This document shows positions 1 to 13,500 of a DNA stretch of 64,000 bases, piece after piece; position 1 is the first letter of the stretch, and every line of letters starts with the position of its first letter. The stretch is from Octopus bimaculoides (Eukaryota). The position numbers were made by a program, and so were the translations under genes. The notes beneath the pieces are model-generated. The model ran no database searches and had not been told where the DNA came from. It saw nothing but the letters and a program-made list of their open reading frames with translations. The stretch spans positions 142,907,479-142,971,478 of the forward strand of contig NC_068983.1 of the NCBI RefSeq assembly GCF_001194135.2, in the 5' to 3' direction.

Positions 1-959
1 TTTAGTTTTATACATATTTAATAATTAATTGATGAATATAAGAAATTGCAGTTTCTCATGTTCATTTGCGGTACTGTGTTCTTGAACAAAACTCTTATCT
101 ATCTATTTCCAGCTGTTTAGCTAGAAAAAATGTAATAACAACAGTGAGTCCCAAAGGGATAAATTATTATCAATTTAGTGTTTTAACTTTCTAATTTTGA
201 ATTGTAGCAAGGCCTTTTATCTATAGTGGCATCACATAATTTAAAAACAAGAGTAGTATTCTGATGGTCAAATGCTAATTATTTGTCTTTATCTAACCAC
301 TTATGAATCAAACTGTACATGAGCAGAAAATCTTTTTTTTCTTTTAAATAATACAAACTTAAGCATAAACATTTTAAATAGTGTCATGCAAGGGACCGCA
401 TCAATAACACTACAAAAACGAATACCATTTAATTTAAGAACATTTAAAGCATGTTATTTTTTTAACAAGATGCAATGTAAGCTAAAGTTTGAGAAGAATA
501 AAATGTGGATTTAATGCTTGGTTGAGTTTCTGAAATTTCTCAAAATGGAATGACATCTACATGAGATTGAAACTAAGTTTTATCTCTTATCTAATAATTC
601 TTCCCATTTTCTGACTATATAATCATGTAATTCACTGAATTTTAATTTCTATTCTCTGACTATTGAACCAAGTATCTCCTTTACATCAGCACACTTGTTT
701 CTGGCCTCTTTCTTGTACCCCCCCCTCTCTCTCTCTCACTGGGTAACTATGTACCTTCTCTATAGTGAGACACCTATTTCTGTCTCTCTATTTCTCTGTC
801 ACACTCTAACCTTTCATCTTCTACTACTGAATCACCTCCTCTGTTGTGGCAAGACATCTGCTTCTGTCTCTTTGTCACATTCTAACCTTTCGTCCTCTGA
901 CACAAGTTCCCCTTCTCAAATACCCTTGCCCCTCTCATAATTCCTTGTTTTGTGAGTTA

Positions 960-1265
960 CTTGCTTACCCTGCCAGTGCTGGTGCCATGTTAAAAGCATC
1001 CAGTCCACACTAATGTGGTTGGCATTTAGAAGGGCATCCAGCTGTAAAAATCATGTCAAAACTAACCTCGCCTGTGCTAATGCCACGTAAAAAGCTCTGA
1101 GTCCATTCTGCCGAGTGGTTGGTGTTTGGAAGGGCATCTAGCCGTAAAATCCCTGCCAAAACAGATACAGTAGCCTAGGGTAGTTATTCTACCTGGCCAG
1201 CTCTTCTCATCCGTCCTATCCATGCATGCATGGAAGATGGACATTAAATGATGATGATGATGATT
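960..1265 (+). mobile_element. RTE-type LINE 3' tail fragment ending in (ATG)n, preceded by a pyrimidine-rich stretch (695-960)
   Basis: Contains gaagggcatccagctgtaaaa and catggaagatggacattaaatgatgatgatgatg. The same tail recurs many times in the window and follows RTE ORF2 at 34680-35725 and 63713-64000. Confidence 0.7.
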
Positions 1266-1449
1266 ATGACTTCTGCTTTTTCATGAATACCTTTATAATT
1301 GCTGCACTATGATTTAGTTCAATGCGGCTGAATTATTAAAACATTGAATAGGTTGCAATATTTGTTCAAGCTCTTTGTGCTCTTAATTTAAATCCTGTGA
1401 AGGCCAACTTTGTTTTTTATACATTCAGAGTAAAAAAAAGAAAAAAATG

Positions 1450-2200
1450 AGTCTGGTGTAGGTGTAGCCCTCTCTTCTTCCAGTTGCCCCATCTTGACTG
1501 TTCTACTGGTTTTAAGCCTAAGAGGTTCATGAAAATGTCAGTGTGTCCTTGTGTCCTTATTGGCAAAAGTTGATGCTTCTGTTACTCATTGTCATAGCAT
1601 TCTTTGACTGTGCAGGTTGGCTGTATATAATGCTTTGTGTTATTGTTATATTGAGAAATTGCTGACCTTCCCAAATGACTCCTGGTCTCTGGAAGCATAG
1701 ACTTCTCCATAATTTCTGAATAGAAAATTATGTTAAGTGTTCATGATGCCCTTGATCTGATGATGCATGGGAACATACCACACCATGCTTAACTATTGGG
1801 TTTCATACACTTTGGGTAGAATTATTCTTCTGTATGACACTGGAGATGCAGACAACCATTGAAGCCAAGCCAATTAAATTTCAAATCATCAGTCTGACAA
1901 TGTCTGAGCAAATGGACAGTGGACATACCTGCTTTTCAGAGAAATAAATGACTTTTTATGTGAAACATGTTCCACAAGCCAAAACATCTTATGTCAATTT
2001 TGATGGTAGTCATTTCTTTTATTCTTCATCAGCAAACAGATGTACATCAGTCCTTTCTTTCATAAATTTTTCACAACTATCCTGATGAAGGATGGTCACC
2101 AGTTTCATTGAAGATGTTCTCAATATAGTGATCACCAATTGTTGAAGAACCAACTTCTGCACTGTAGCTCAAAAAATGTATTTCAGTCTGTATAGTTGGA
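1450..2200 (-). pseudogene. Degenerate Tc1-like transposase remnant
   Basis: Minus-strand translation across frameshifts gives DDLKFNWLGFNG (cf. Tc1 DESKFNLFGSDG), KPIVKHGG (cf. PTVKHGG), NNNTKH (cf. QDNDPKH) and LKPVEQ (cf. LNPIE) in the expected order. TIRs not identified. Confidence 0.65.
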
Positions 2201-2241
2201 CAGTTCTTAATTGCAACTCTGATCTGTTTTATTGTCTAAAG

Positions 2242-2298
2242 ATGGAAGTGGAACACAATGGCTCCAAGAAAAGAAATTAACAAAATACTGGAGCAGGG
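2242..2298 (+). CDS. Candidate 57-nt exon (phase 1-1), xGSGTQWLQEKKLTKYWSR-G, likely upstream partner of the first WSC exon
   Basis: Acceptor ttattgtctaaag, donor GG|gtaaga, open frame. Splicing to 8719 gives TKYWSRGCFRK, which resembles the WSC start motif Y-x-x-x-G-C-F. Confidence 0.5.
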
Positions 2299-3940
2299 GT
2301 AAGATTACTATTATGATCTGATCCTGTAATTATGAGATTGAGGATCTAAGGAAATTAAAGGAGTAATTGAGAATGTTGTGCTTGTATTAGAAATTTAGTT
2401 GGGACAGTTTGTGTGATTGTGTGTAGATGAAGAATGCATGTGTCCCCTGCCATTTTTAGATTAGTAATAAATTTCGTCATTCACATTGTCAATATGCCTA
2501 ATGTGATGTATGTTTGTGTTTGTTTCTTTCTCTGCAACTGTGTGACTCCTTCGTTCCCGTCTATCTTGACTGCCTGACCATCTGCCTGTTGTTCACTACT
2601 CTTAAGCTGTGTTTAGCTTAGACTGATTAGTATTCAATAATTTTTGATCCATCGGTTTTTTGCTGATGTCAGTCAATGAGTTTGTTGTGTAACTGTTGAA
2701 TGTCATTGGTTTTTCTCATGATATCAATTGTCAATTTGAAAGAGCCTGCTTGTGTTTACAAAAGCCTTATTGCAAAGAAAACAGTCAGGAGTTCAAATTG
2801 AGGCAGAGACTTGTTGCAAAATAACCAAGTAATTATTTAGTTCATCTTACTCTGGTAAAATGTAATAGTGAATATTAAAATTAAAATACTTCTTTTCTAC
2901 AATGTTCCAAAATTTACTTTGATTTTTCTAGCTTATTAATACTGGCACCATATTAATTATAATTTTCACGTTTAGATTAATCAAAAATTTTCTCTTGATT
3001 TATTTCTAGTTTGAATTGTGATTGATTGAATGGAAATAACATTTAATAATCAATGTACTCTTGTCTTTAAATTAAATGATGCTGCTGGACATATCTTATA
3101 TTGAAATTTAATTAAACTTAAAATAATACAATCAATTTTTAATTGTATTAGTAGGAATATACTACTAGTGAGTAATACTAAATCTTATTTAAAATTGTTT
3201 TCTCTATGTACATATTTCCAGATTTATAGTGAAATGAGATTGTGTGATGTTCAGGCTTTTCTCAAGAGTATTATTGATGTGAATTGGTATAGCGCCAAGT
3301 GGAAATAAAGTCTAAGTTGTTAATTTAACTCACCAGGAGCTTACTTCTATTTCACAGCATGCTTTTTTTTTGTTTTCTTTAATAGCTTCTGTTTTGTTTG
3401 TTATCTATACAGTATAACCAATTATTCTTCTGACATTGAAGTATAATGGAAATAGTTTCATAGTTTTGGTATTTTTATATTCTTTAATGTGTCACATTCT
3501 TTATTGACTTCCTTTAAGTTTTTTATATCATTATTTGTCAAAACTACTTGGAGTAGTACTAAACAAATGGTATATTGCTAGAAAGGTTCATAAAATAGAA
3601 TGTTTGTAAGCTATGAAGAGATGAAAATTGAAACATTTTGGTAAAGACAAAACTGTTCATTTTTTCCCCTTCCATTGAAGAATCAGGCCAAAAAATTAGA
3701 ATTTCTGTTTATGTCACACGGAGTGATTTTTGAAGATCATATCCCATCACTAGTTCTCACTTGACTTTGGTGCTATTCTTTCTCTTTTTCTATTATTATT
3801 CTGCTAATTTACTGTTTGACAATCCTAGTCTGGTATTAATGGTTATTTTACATTTATTACTTGTCAGCTGTCTAAATTGTACACTTCTTTTATATTGCCA
3901 ACAATTGCTACTTATAGCTTGAACTCTATAGTTGGCTTAT

Positions 3941-3979
3941 ATGTGTGTGTGTGTGTGTATACATATATATATATATAAT

Positions 3980-4026
<47 letters not shown>

Positions 4027-4060
4027 GTGTGTGTATGTGTTCATACATACATACATACAT
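3941..4060. repeat. Compound (GT)/(AT)/(CATA) microsatellite
   Basis: Directly visible. Confidence 0.9.
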
Positions 4061-4794
4061 GAGTAAGTGAATGAATTAATGAATGAATGAAAATCTAGGA
4101 GACTGCAATTAATATAAATTAAAGGGTGAGAAAGTCTTTATTTTTTACATTAGGATTAAGTAGGATTTTATTATTTATAATGTTAAAGGAATCTAGGTCA
4201 TGCTAGGCAATCTTCATTCAGCTAAGGAGCTTAGGGTGCAACCATTCATTCTAGTGGAAGAGTAACTTATTCTATGCTTAATCAGTAGTTAAGCATATAT
4301 TGTAAAGATTATTTACTTGTACACTTAGAATATTTTTAAATATCTTAATTATTCCTTGTGTGAAAAGAATATTGTTTTCCATATTATGTATACATTTTCC
4401 TGAATATATATTTCCAGTATCTTAGATTTAAAACTGACTTCGAATAAAAGTATTGCTGTTGACATTACTTACTTTTTGATAATAAGTTTGTTCGGGTTTT
4501 AAAAATGATGGGACACAACATTCACTAGCACACGCACACACGCACGCACAAAATATCTACATACTAAGTTATTAGAATATTTTATATCACTTTCTCTTTC
4601 TCACCACTGTATTTTCTTGAACTTAGGAGGGAAAAAAGTTCAAGAAATCACAGTGATTAGAGAGAGAGAGTATTGATATAACTAAGCATATAATACCAGT
4701 TTTGATATAACCAGATTTTAGTGAAAAGCTATTATCTTACACCACATCAGTCGTCTCTCAACTTTGAACCGCATGAAAAAGAAGCTTTGATTGC

Positions 4795-6878
4795 TTAACC
4801 TTCTTAAAATGGTTGATGTAAATTTATGCATGCAATGTATATGCTTTAAATCAGTCGACATAATTATTTGCTGCCTGACTTAAAACCGCTTGCTTGAGTT
4901 AGTACCTATCTACTGATAAGGTGATTAGATGTTTCATGTAAATATTTAGGCTGGTCTTACCACTCTGGCTCTGTCAACTTCATTGTTGCATCCTGTTTTG
5001 TCGAATTTACGGTCGTTGCACCAAGCTACACCAAGCTTCACCATCTTACCAGTTGTTTCTTATGGTTTGGATGATGACTTGGGGAGTGAGTATTTTCTTA
5101 GTTCAGTGTCAGATGATTCCGATAGTGATGATGATATTCCAATGAATCAAAGGTACAGGTAGGCAGCAGTGGTGAGTGAGAGACAATTTCATCCAACAGC
5201 ATGGGTTTACTGGTACGCCTGGCATTAAGGCAAACCTTGAACATGGAAGTTTGCCTTTGGAAATCTTCCATGAGTTTTTGACAGATGAAATGTTCCAATA
5301 TATAACGGATGAAATGAATGACTATGCTGAAAGCCATCCCCAGTATGTCAGACCCACAGGGGATGAAATCAAAGTTCTGCTTGCCCTGCTGATACTGATG
5401 GGCATCATGAAGAAACCAACCCTGGCAACATATTGGAATTGGGATCCAGCCATGTTGACACCTTTCTTTCAGGAAACAATGCCACATGATTGATTTTTGG
5501 TACTTTGAAATCTACATTTCAACTCAGGTGAGAACCAGGACGACAGTCTGCACAAAATACATCCTATCATTGATGAAGTGGCTGAAAATTTCAGAACGGT
5601 GTATGTCACCACACAAGACATTTGTACGGACGAGAGTTTGTGGAAATTCAAGGGAAGGCTTTGATTCAAACAATACAACCTAACCAAACATGCCTGCTTT
5701 GGAGTCAAGGTTTATAAAGTATGCCAGTCAACTGGCAGAGCCTGTGGTTACATGTAGAATTACAAAATCTACACTAGTCAGGACAGATTGGATCTTCCAG
5801 TGTCTACTCTAGTGTCAACTGATGTCATGTTGTTGCTGAATGAAAACTTGTCTGACAAAGGCTACAATATTTATATAGACAATTGATTTTCTAGCCCAGA
5901 CCTCTTCCTGCAGCTTCAGGCAAGGAGGACTAATGCCTGTGGGTCTGTGAGGATGCACAGGAAAAACATGCTGCTCAATCTTCACAGGATAAAACTTCAA
6001 AAGGGAGAAAGAGCATACCATTGAACCAATAGTGGCATTCTCGCTTTAGAGTGATGTGACAAGAGAAACATCTGCATGTTATCCCCAATGCATTCTACAA
6101 GCATGAAGGACACTAGGAAACAAGATGCGGATGTTTATGCCATAATGAAACCAATTGTAGTTGTTTCATACAATGAAGGGATGGGCAGGGTTGATCACTC
6201 AGATCAGCTGGTGGCAGCACACAAGTTGGTGTGAAAATTTGTGAAATGGTACAAAAAACTTTTCTTGTATATAGTTGACATGTGTGTCGTGAACTCACAT
6301 TTGATTTGGCAGATGCATGGCAGTGTGGGGATGGACTGACATTCAGGAATCTATTGTTCCGTGAAATGATAGAAGCATCAGACCTGCCAAAGTACAGAAT
6401 GTGTGGATGTCTCCACATCAGACTCTCTCCTCACCGCATGGTGAAGGGATGTGAACATTTTCCATGACTGTTTCCCTCATCGCCAAGAAGACAAATGCTT
6501 CAAAGAGATGCATAGTATGTAAAGCAAAAGGGAAATGTAAGAAAACTAGAGACCATTGTTCACAATGTGATATGCCACTGTGTGCGGTACCCTGTTTTGA
6601 AATCTACTTCACTCAAGTCAAGTTTTGAATTCACATGATTGTAAATACATGAAGTTGATCTGGCTTGTGCTGTTGAGTGATCTTATTCAAGAATAATACC
6701 ATGTGAGCATCCTGCCTAAGGATATAGTTTAGGTAAATAAATAGTACTTGCACTAAAGTGGTTGATGTCAATATATACCGAACCATTGTCATGCCCTAAT
6801 TACTGATCTCAGCTGAGATGGTTACCATCAATGCAACCTAGTTACTTGATAAAAAGAAAACCATTGTCATGGGGTTAA
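4795..6878 (+). mobile_element. Apparently full-length piggyBac element (defective)
   Basis: TTAA at 4795-4798 and 6875-6878. Imperfect TIRs CCTTCTTAAAATGGTT versus (rc) CCCCATGACAATGGTT, 11/16 identical. Encloses a piggyBac transposase. Confidence 0.75.
5063..6628 (+). pseudogene. piggyBac (PGBD4-like) transposase pseudogene
   Basis: Motifs LLILMGIMKKP..YW, TDESLWKFKGRL*FKQY, FGVKVYKVC, YIDN*FSS, YNEGMGRVDHSDQ, KWYKKLF and a C-terminal CxxC...CSQCDMPLCAVPCFEIYF. Several in-frame stops and frameshifts. The start coordinate is approximate. Confidence 0.92.
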
Positions 6879-8559
6879 GATACAAAAAGCTTTTGGTAAA
6901 ATTTGTCTGCCTATGGTCTATCTCTATCAGTATTTCATCTATTGGATTAGAAATAGCCAAACTACTCAATTATGGCCATTCTTGTAAGTTGTCATGCTAT
7001 TTAGTGTTTATTCACTAAAACTCTATCTTTTAGTCATCTTAGATCTGGCAGTATTGACTACTAGGTTTGTCAGATTCTTTAACTCTTGCTGCCCATATTC
7101 TATTTTCAATTCATAAATTTTTTTTTGTGTCTCTCCCTTCTTTCTTAACAAAAATTAATCATTAAGCTAATGACAACAACAACTATAATAATTTTCTTTA
7201 AAATATACAGCATGACAAACACTTTCAGATTATACTACCTGTCACTCATCAGTAACTTTTTCTGAAGAGGTATCATCTATATGCAACTTAGACACATGTT
7301 AGACATGAATCAATTTCATGAAATATCTTTCAAAGAGGACACACATAGTAACCTAGTCTCCTACAGTTGCACCATAAAAATAAAAAAAACTACAGTTAAA
7401 CAGAACACAAAATATTAAGCCCTCTCTACAGGTAGACGTGCAGTGAATAATACTCAGGATAAACAGTAGGCATTAACATGTCAACAAAAGATTTTATCAC
7501 TGAAACAATACCAAGCAAACTTCTATCATTTACAAAAGCATTAGGCAAATTATTCAAATCTATCAGATACTTACTTGTACACTTTCACTAGATACAAATA
7601 ATAGCCAGTACAGGAAAACGAAAGAATATATTTATTTTGTAATACAGCTACATAATCACTCTTTCTCTTGCTCCAGTATGAAGTTTGAAATATTTTGATT
7701 ATTTTCATACTTTTATGCTGTTAAAGCTGCTCTTCCTCAGCTGTTGCTTTTACCATATTTTCTCATGTTTTGACTTTTCTTCATTAGACAAATTATTAAA
7801 TTTTTTCAGAGACTTATTGTCCACATTTGAAAATGATTACATTTCAAAATGAAATATGTCTCTTAAAATGAGTTCAATCACAAGAGGCAAGTAATGCAAA
7901 TTGCAAACATAATAGCGGGCAGCTGCCTTGTTGCATTCTCTTAGATTTCCTTGTTTTGATTTTTCCATGTTTTGCGTGCCCATAATGATTTCAGAAATTA
8001 TATTTTCTTAAAATATTTATAAAATGTTTGAAAACAGATACAATATATTTTGTAAATTTTAAACATATTTGTTATGTCAAATTTTAAGTAGATGTAAAAT
8101 AAATATATTCACTTAACAAAAGAAGAAACAGCATTTCCTTGTAGTATAAACATTAAACAGTAATAAAGTTCTGTTTCTTTATAAAACTGTTTCATATACC
8201 TTTGCTTGTAAATTTAATCATAAATTATTTTGTTCAATTTCAAGTATAGATAGAATCTCTTTGATACTATCTCTACTTCGTTAATATAAACTATAAGATA
8301 TGAACATAATTCAAAACTAATTTGGTTATAGTTAAAAGATGCATGTCAAAAGATAACTTTATTATTAATGAACAAATGTAAAAAAAAAATTTGTGTACTG
8401 ATATCAGTGAAATTTACTGAACTGGAGATATCTAACTTGTAGTTATGAATGTAGCTAAGTAATATGAGTTGTAACTTTCTCTGACTTGTAACTTGTTTTT
8501 ACCTTCCCCAACCTCTTTTTCATCCTTTGGTTTATCAGTAAGATATGTATTTTTTTAGC

Positions 8560-8561
<2 letters not shown>

Positions 8562-8644
<83 letters not shown>
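8562..8644. repeat. (CA)n microsatellite, about 41 units
   Basis: Directly visible. Confidence 0.97.
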
Positions 8645-8646
<2 letters not shown>

Positions 8647-8718
8647 AATATATACACATAAAAGATAAATAAATTACCATTAAAATGGCTCTGACATTTC
8701 TTTCAGCAACTTATTTAG

Positions 8719-8839
8719 GTTGTTTTCGCAAGAATAAAGATAATACTTTTTTGGTCATAAAGTATTTCAGTGCAATGACACTAGAATGGTGTCTCAACAG
8801 ATGCAGAGAATCTGGAATCCAATACTGTGCCATCCAGGG
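8719..8839 (+). CDS. Internal coding exon, N-terminal half of a WSC domain (GCFRKNKDNTFLVIKYFSAMTLEWCLNRCRESGIQYCAIQG)
   Basis: Acceptor ttatttag|G, donor GG|gtaagt, 121 nt, phase 1-2, open frame. Matches the WSC pattern GC-x(n)-MT-x-E-x-C-xxx-C-xxx-G-x-x-Y-x-A-x-x-G. Confidence 0.85.
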
Positions 8840-11054
8840 GTAAGTACAACTTTGTATGTTTTTGTTTGTATTTTCATTTTTTTTTTTATCAAGATTTACA
8901 AACAATCATAAACGATCTTTTGATATTGTTTAAAGACTGGGTGAAAGAACATTTAAACACAATGTGTAATGATGATTTCAGGTTAATTAATAGTGATTTA
9001 ATTATTATCTGAATTAACTAATTTCTATGATTTGATGTTTTACTAATTTGTAACAGGTTCAGCCAATGTTTTCTTATTTATACCAACTTGATTCCAATTT
9101 ATACATTTTGGTATTTACTTCTGTTCACTATATTGTTTCTATGAATGAAAAGATTCCATATTAATCCATAATTTCAAATGTTTATATCTATATTGAATCG
9201 TATGCTCATATAATATTCTGATAGACATTTTCAGGGTAGAATAAGAATTATTCATGTATGAATATGAAGGCATATATTCATAAATACCATATCATATTTG
9301 CAACAGCTTATCTACAGCATCTTTCTTTGAAGTTACCATTAAAAAATAAAAGGTTGTATATATTTACATCCATATAGCATATACCTACCCTTCTTTCTCT
9401 CCATATAAAATTTCCAGCTGTAACAAATTATTAACTTTACAAAGACTGATTTTATACCCCCAAAACCAGTCAACAAAGTTTTTTCTTATTCCACCACAAC
9501 TGTATTCTAGTTCTTGGCAAAATGAATTTTTTGACCCATTCTATCTCTTTCCTTCACTCCTCAACGATATCCAACCAACAAACTTACTGCTTCTTTCAAA
9601 CAATCTGGAAACTGTCTTCTCTAAGAAACATATTCTCACTTCATTTTGTCTTTTATCCTATTTTTGGATGGTACAACAAACTAAAAGTAATTGAGGGCTA
9701 ATGAAAAAAGAAAAGAAAATGAAAAAGAAAAAAATTTTCCCTCTTAAGTTTTCTACTTATAACATATATTCTGATCTATTTCATTCTTTCTTATTAAGAT
9801 ATACAAATCTGATAGAATCCTAGCAAAAATCTTACTTAATCAGCATACTTCAGTGATAGCTCATGACATTTCCAAATAAATATGAAACATACCTCCTGTT
9901 CCTTACAAATCTAACCCCCACCCCACAAAAATAAATTGGGAGAAAATAACTTTCCCTAATTGACTTAATACTATTCATGTTCTTCTCCATATTGACTGTA
10001 TTTGCTGTTAATTTTTGTTGAGGATTGAAATTACAGTATTTGATCCAGTTAATTCTATTCACAAATCTGTTCACAAATCATAGTTTGTCTTCTAATTGAG
10101 TATACCTTTGATCAAAGGTATAACAATTGTGACCTTTCAGTTTTTTTAGGCATTGTATATATTGGGCTACATCATGTAATATGTCCTTCCTTTTTTTAAG
10201 ATAGTGAGGTTTGAAGGAAGTTAAGCTGTTATTTCTAACAGGTTGAGCAAACATATAAGGACTCTTGCACTGGCTCAAGTTTACATCCTTTTTATTTTTA
10301 GTTCAAATTCCACCCATATCCACTTTAATCCTTCCTAGGTCTTATATAATAAGTATTGATATAATAAACTTTACCCTAGAAAGCAGTACCTCAGCAAAGT
10401 CACAACCCAACTACTGAAACCAATGTAAGAAAAAGATAGAAAAATGACATGAGGTGTAACAATAAGGTGTACATGTTTAATTCCAGCTTTATTTTCTCAA
10501 ATCTTGGCTTTTGAAGAGCCAACTCTTTTATGTTTACTTTTTTTTTCTTTCTGACTAATGTTAATATTTAATTTGAGGAAAGTAGGTGGAGTGGTAGAAA
10601 TTGAGCAGCAGACTAAACAGCCCTTCTTCCTTGGCTTCGTTCAGTGTAGGAGAACTTTCGTCTCCAAGTTTGTACACAGTCAATTTCTTCCAGAGAGAGA
10701 AAGAGAGAGAATAAACCCTCAGTACTTGACTGGTACTTCGTTATTGATCTCATAAAGATGAAAGGCAGAGTTGAATTTAGCAGGATCTAAACTCAGAGTG
10801 TGGAGAGCCAGAGTGAATGTTACAAAGTATTCTATCTGATACTCCAACAACTCTGCCTACTTGCCACTTACATATATATTACAATATTTAATTTTGATAT
10901 TAAGAATTCCAAATTTAAACAGCATTGGTGTTATCTTCACTTTCATTCCTCTAGTTATATGCTGGATTTGATTATACTCCTTCTACCCCAAATGTGTGGT
11001 CTTGTGTCAATGTAAGAAATTATTTGATTTGAGATCTACTTCTTCTTCAGTTTA

Positions 11055-11093
<39 letters not shown>

Positions 11094-11422
11094 GACAGTA
11101 ACCAGATTTATATTTTACCAATTTATATAATATTGAAAGCTTACTTTACCATATACTCCTTGTAGTGAAAGTTAAATTTCAAACAAATGTTCTTGAAAAC
11201 TGTAGCTTCTAACATTATAAAAATGGTGACTAAAAAACAGTATGAAAGATATCAGTACAAGCAATATAAGTACTCTGTTTATTGAAAGTGTTTTCTAAGC
11301 AGGTTTTACATTGGGTTTTCTATAGATTAAAGGTTCCATTATATAATTTTATTGCATAAATGCTACTGAAAAGCAAAAAATTTCATGCTTAAAAGTTCTC
11401 GTATTATACTGTTTTATTACAT

Positions 11423-11590
11423 AAGGTAGTGTGCTGGTAGAATCATTAGTGCATCAGATGAAATGCCTAGTGATATTTCTTTTGACTCATTATGTTCTGA
11501 GTTCAAATCCCACTAAGGTTATATTTTCCTTTCATCCTCCCAGGTGTGATAAAATAAAGTGCCAGTCAAATACTGGGATGAGATAGATTG
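11423..11590 (+). mobile_element. tRNA-derived SINE
   Basis: A-box-like tggtagaatcattag and B-box gagttcaaatcc, followed by a body shared with other copies (14045-14245, 37915-38030). Confidence 0.7.
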
Positions 11591-11619
11591 CTGACCACAA
11601 CATTCAAAATTTTTTTCTC

Positions 11620-11775
11620 CATGTTTTTCTCGTTGTGTTTCTCCTTATTCTTTCTGTTGAAGAGCGTAGCTCGAAACGTTAAAGACTTTCTCTATTACCG
11701 AGTGTTAAACTAATACATCCTTTTGTTGCTTACACCACCTGTCCTCGTCTGTTGTTTTTTTCGTAAATTCTCCCA
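11620..11775 (+). mobile_element. Penelope-like terminal repeat fragment with hammerhead-like motif
   Basis: ctgttgaagagcgtagctcgaaacgttaaag, with a homologous copy at 45085-45226. The Penelope assignment is inferred from the known association of PLEs with minimal hammerheads. Confidence 0.5.
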
Positions 11776-11789
11776 TATATATATATATA

Positions 11790-11980
11790 NNNNNNNNNNN
11801 NNNNNNNNNNNNNNNNNNNNNNNNNNNNNNNNNNNNNNNNNNNNNNNNNNNNNNNNNNNNNNNNNNNNNNNNNNNNNNNNNNNNNNNNNNNNNNNNNNNN
11901 NNNNNNNNNNNNNNNNNNNNNNNNNNNNNNNNNNNNNNNNNNNNNNNNNNNNNNNNNNNNNNNNNNNNNNNNNNNNNNNN
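11790..11980. other. Assembly gap (191 N). Other gaps: 34987-35387, 39916-39925, 40680-40689, 45227-45236, 54285-54886
   Basis: Runs of N, mostly flanked by (TA)n or other repeats. Confidence 0.99.
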
Positions 11981-12639
11981 TATATATATATATATATGAA
12001 TATATATGATGACTGTCTACTTGTGCCTGAGGGAGAACCAACAACAACTATCAAAATAATAATTCTTTCAAGAGACTCTTTAAACTTGCTTAACTCTTAC
12101 ATATCTTTTCACAGACCTTGCAAACAAACCTGCAACATATACATGCTTAAGTATATTCCAGTGTATAACACTGTGTCTTTTTAAGCCCTCAATAGATTTG
12201 CAAACTTTTCCATATGTACTGCATGTTGTGCAATGTTTTGTTGTGATCATGTAGTAGATATATGTATAGAGTAGATATCATGCAGGAACATACAGCCAAC
12301 TTTTTGCCTCACCTGATGACTTTGTTGGCATCTAGTAAGTCTGGCCTTGGGAAAGTGCTTGGAACCACAAATATTGCATACCACACTTACTCCATCAATT
12401 TCACACATTTATGTAACTTGTTTTTATGTAACTTGCTTGGATTCTGCATGAGATATGCATGCTTTTTCGAAAATATCCTTTATCACTCTTCTCCTAAAGT
12501 GATGATTGAAAGCATTTCTTTCACAGCTGGCCTCACTTATTTCAAATGTTTTCAAAGAAACTATTACACAGTTCTTAAATTGCAACTTTGCTTTATGTTG
12601 TAATTTTTACATAACTAGTTCACCATACAATGTCTACTT

Positions 12640-13500
12640 TTGAGATCCTCTAATAAGTTGTCCAGTCTGAAGTAAACAGTGCTTGTGTACCATTGTCTTA
12701 ATACCCCAGACTTTGGATCCCCTCAAAACCTCTGTATTTGTAGTCAAAATGTTTTAAACATCTCTGATGGCATTAAAGGGTGTTTAACGATGTTTGTACA
12801 AGCCCTATGTTTCACATGAGTAAATAATGGAATAATTAAATAATTCATGATGAACTGGGAGCATGAGTGGGATCCATTCCTGTAGGAAATTTTCAAACAA
12901 AGTGACATCTTTGTTCCTTCTCTCTCTGTTCATTGTATATTGCTATCACTTTCACAAATGCTTTTGCTGTTGATTGCTCTTTTGAGATAAATGTGAGAAA
13001 CTGATCTTCTGGTTGTCTCTTCAATTTGTAGCATTTTGGTGCCAGGGTGGAAGTCTTTCAATTCTTTATTTGTGATTTCTTTTATGCCAATGACTTGATG
13101 GTAGGAATAAATTCCAAAGTGTGATATAACAAATGAAGGCAATGAGTTGCTCCCTAGATAATGCAGTAGCACCAATATGGTCATCGATGTAGTAACTTTG
13201 ATACTTAAGACCTGGGCCACAATATTACCCACAAAAGAGGTTGGTAGAGCTGGGGCTTATCTTAGTATCCAGGGTTAAGTGAGTCGTAGAAGTAAAAAAT
13301 GTTTAAGGACTAAGAGCCTATTGTTGTGGGAGGAGTGATAGTGTGTAAGGATTTCACATCCATGGGGAATAGTTGTGAGGATCCAGAAGGTAGGGAAAAG
13401 GAGTTTAGAAGGTTAAAGGTACAGTTAATATTCTGATATGCAAAAGTTGAGCTGCAACAAAGATGATATGAATTTATCAAGGTAGTTAGAGAGCTGTTCA
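12640..13500 (-). mobile_element. Degenerate Penelope-like reverse transcriptase remnant
   Basis: Minus strand shows a PSSTNLF/VG segment across a frameshift (cf. GPSYANLFVG), then YYIDDHIGATA (cf. RYIDD). The interior is interrupted or degenerate. Confidence 0.55.

Noticed and set aside
9418-9693. 91-codon plus-strand open frame after an AG
   Set aside because: Pyrimidine-rich strands are depleted of stop codons, the opposite strand looks like decayed LINE, and there is no WSC cysteine pattern.
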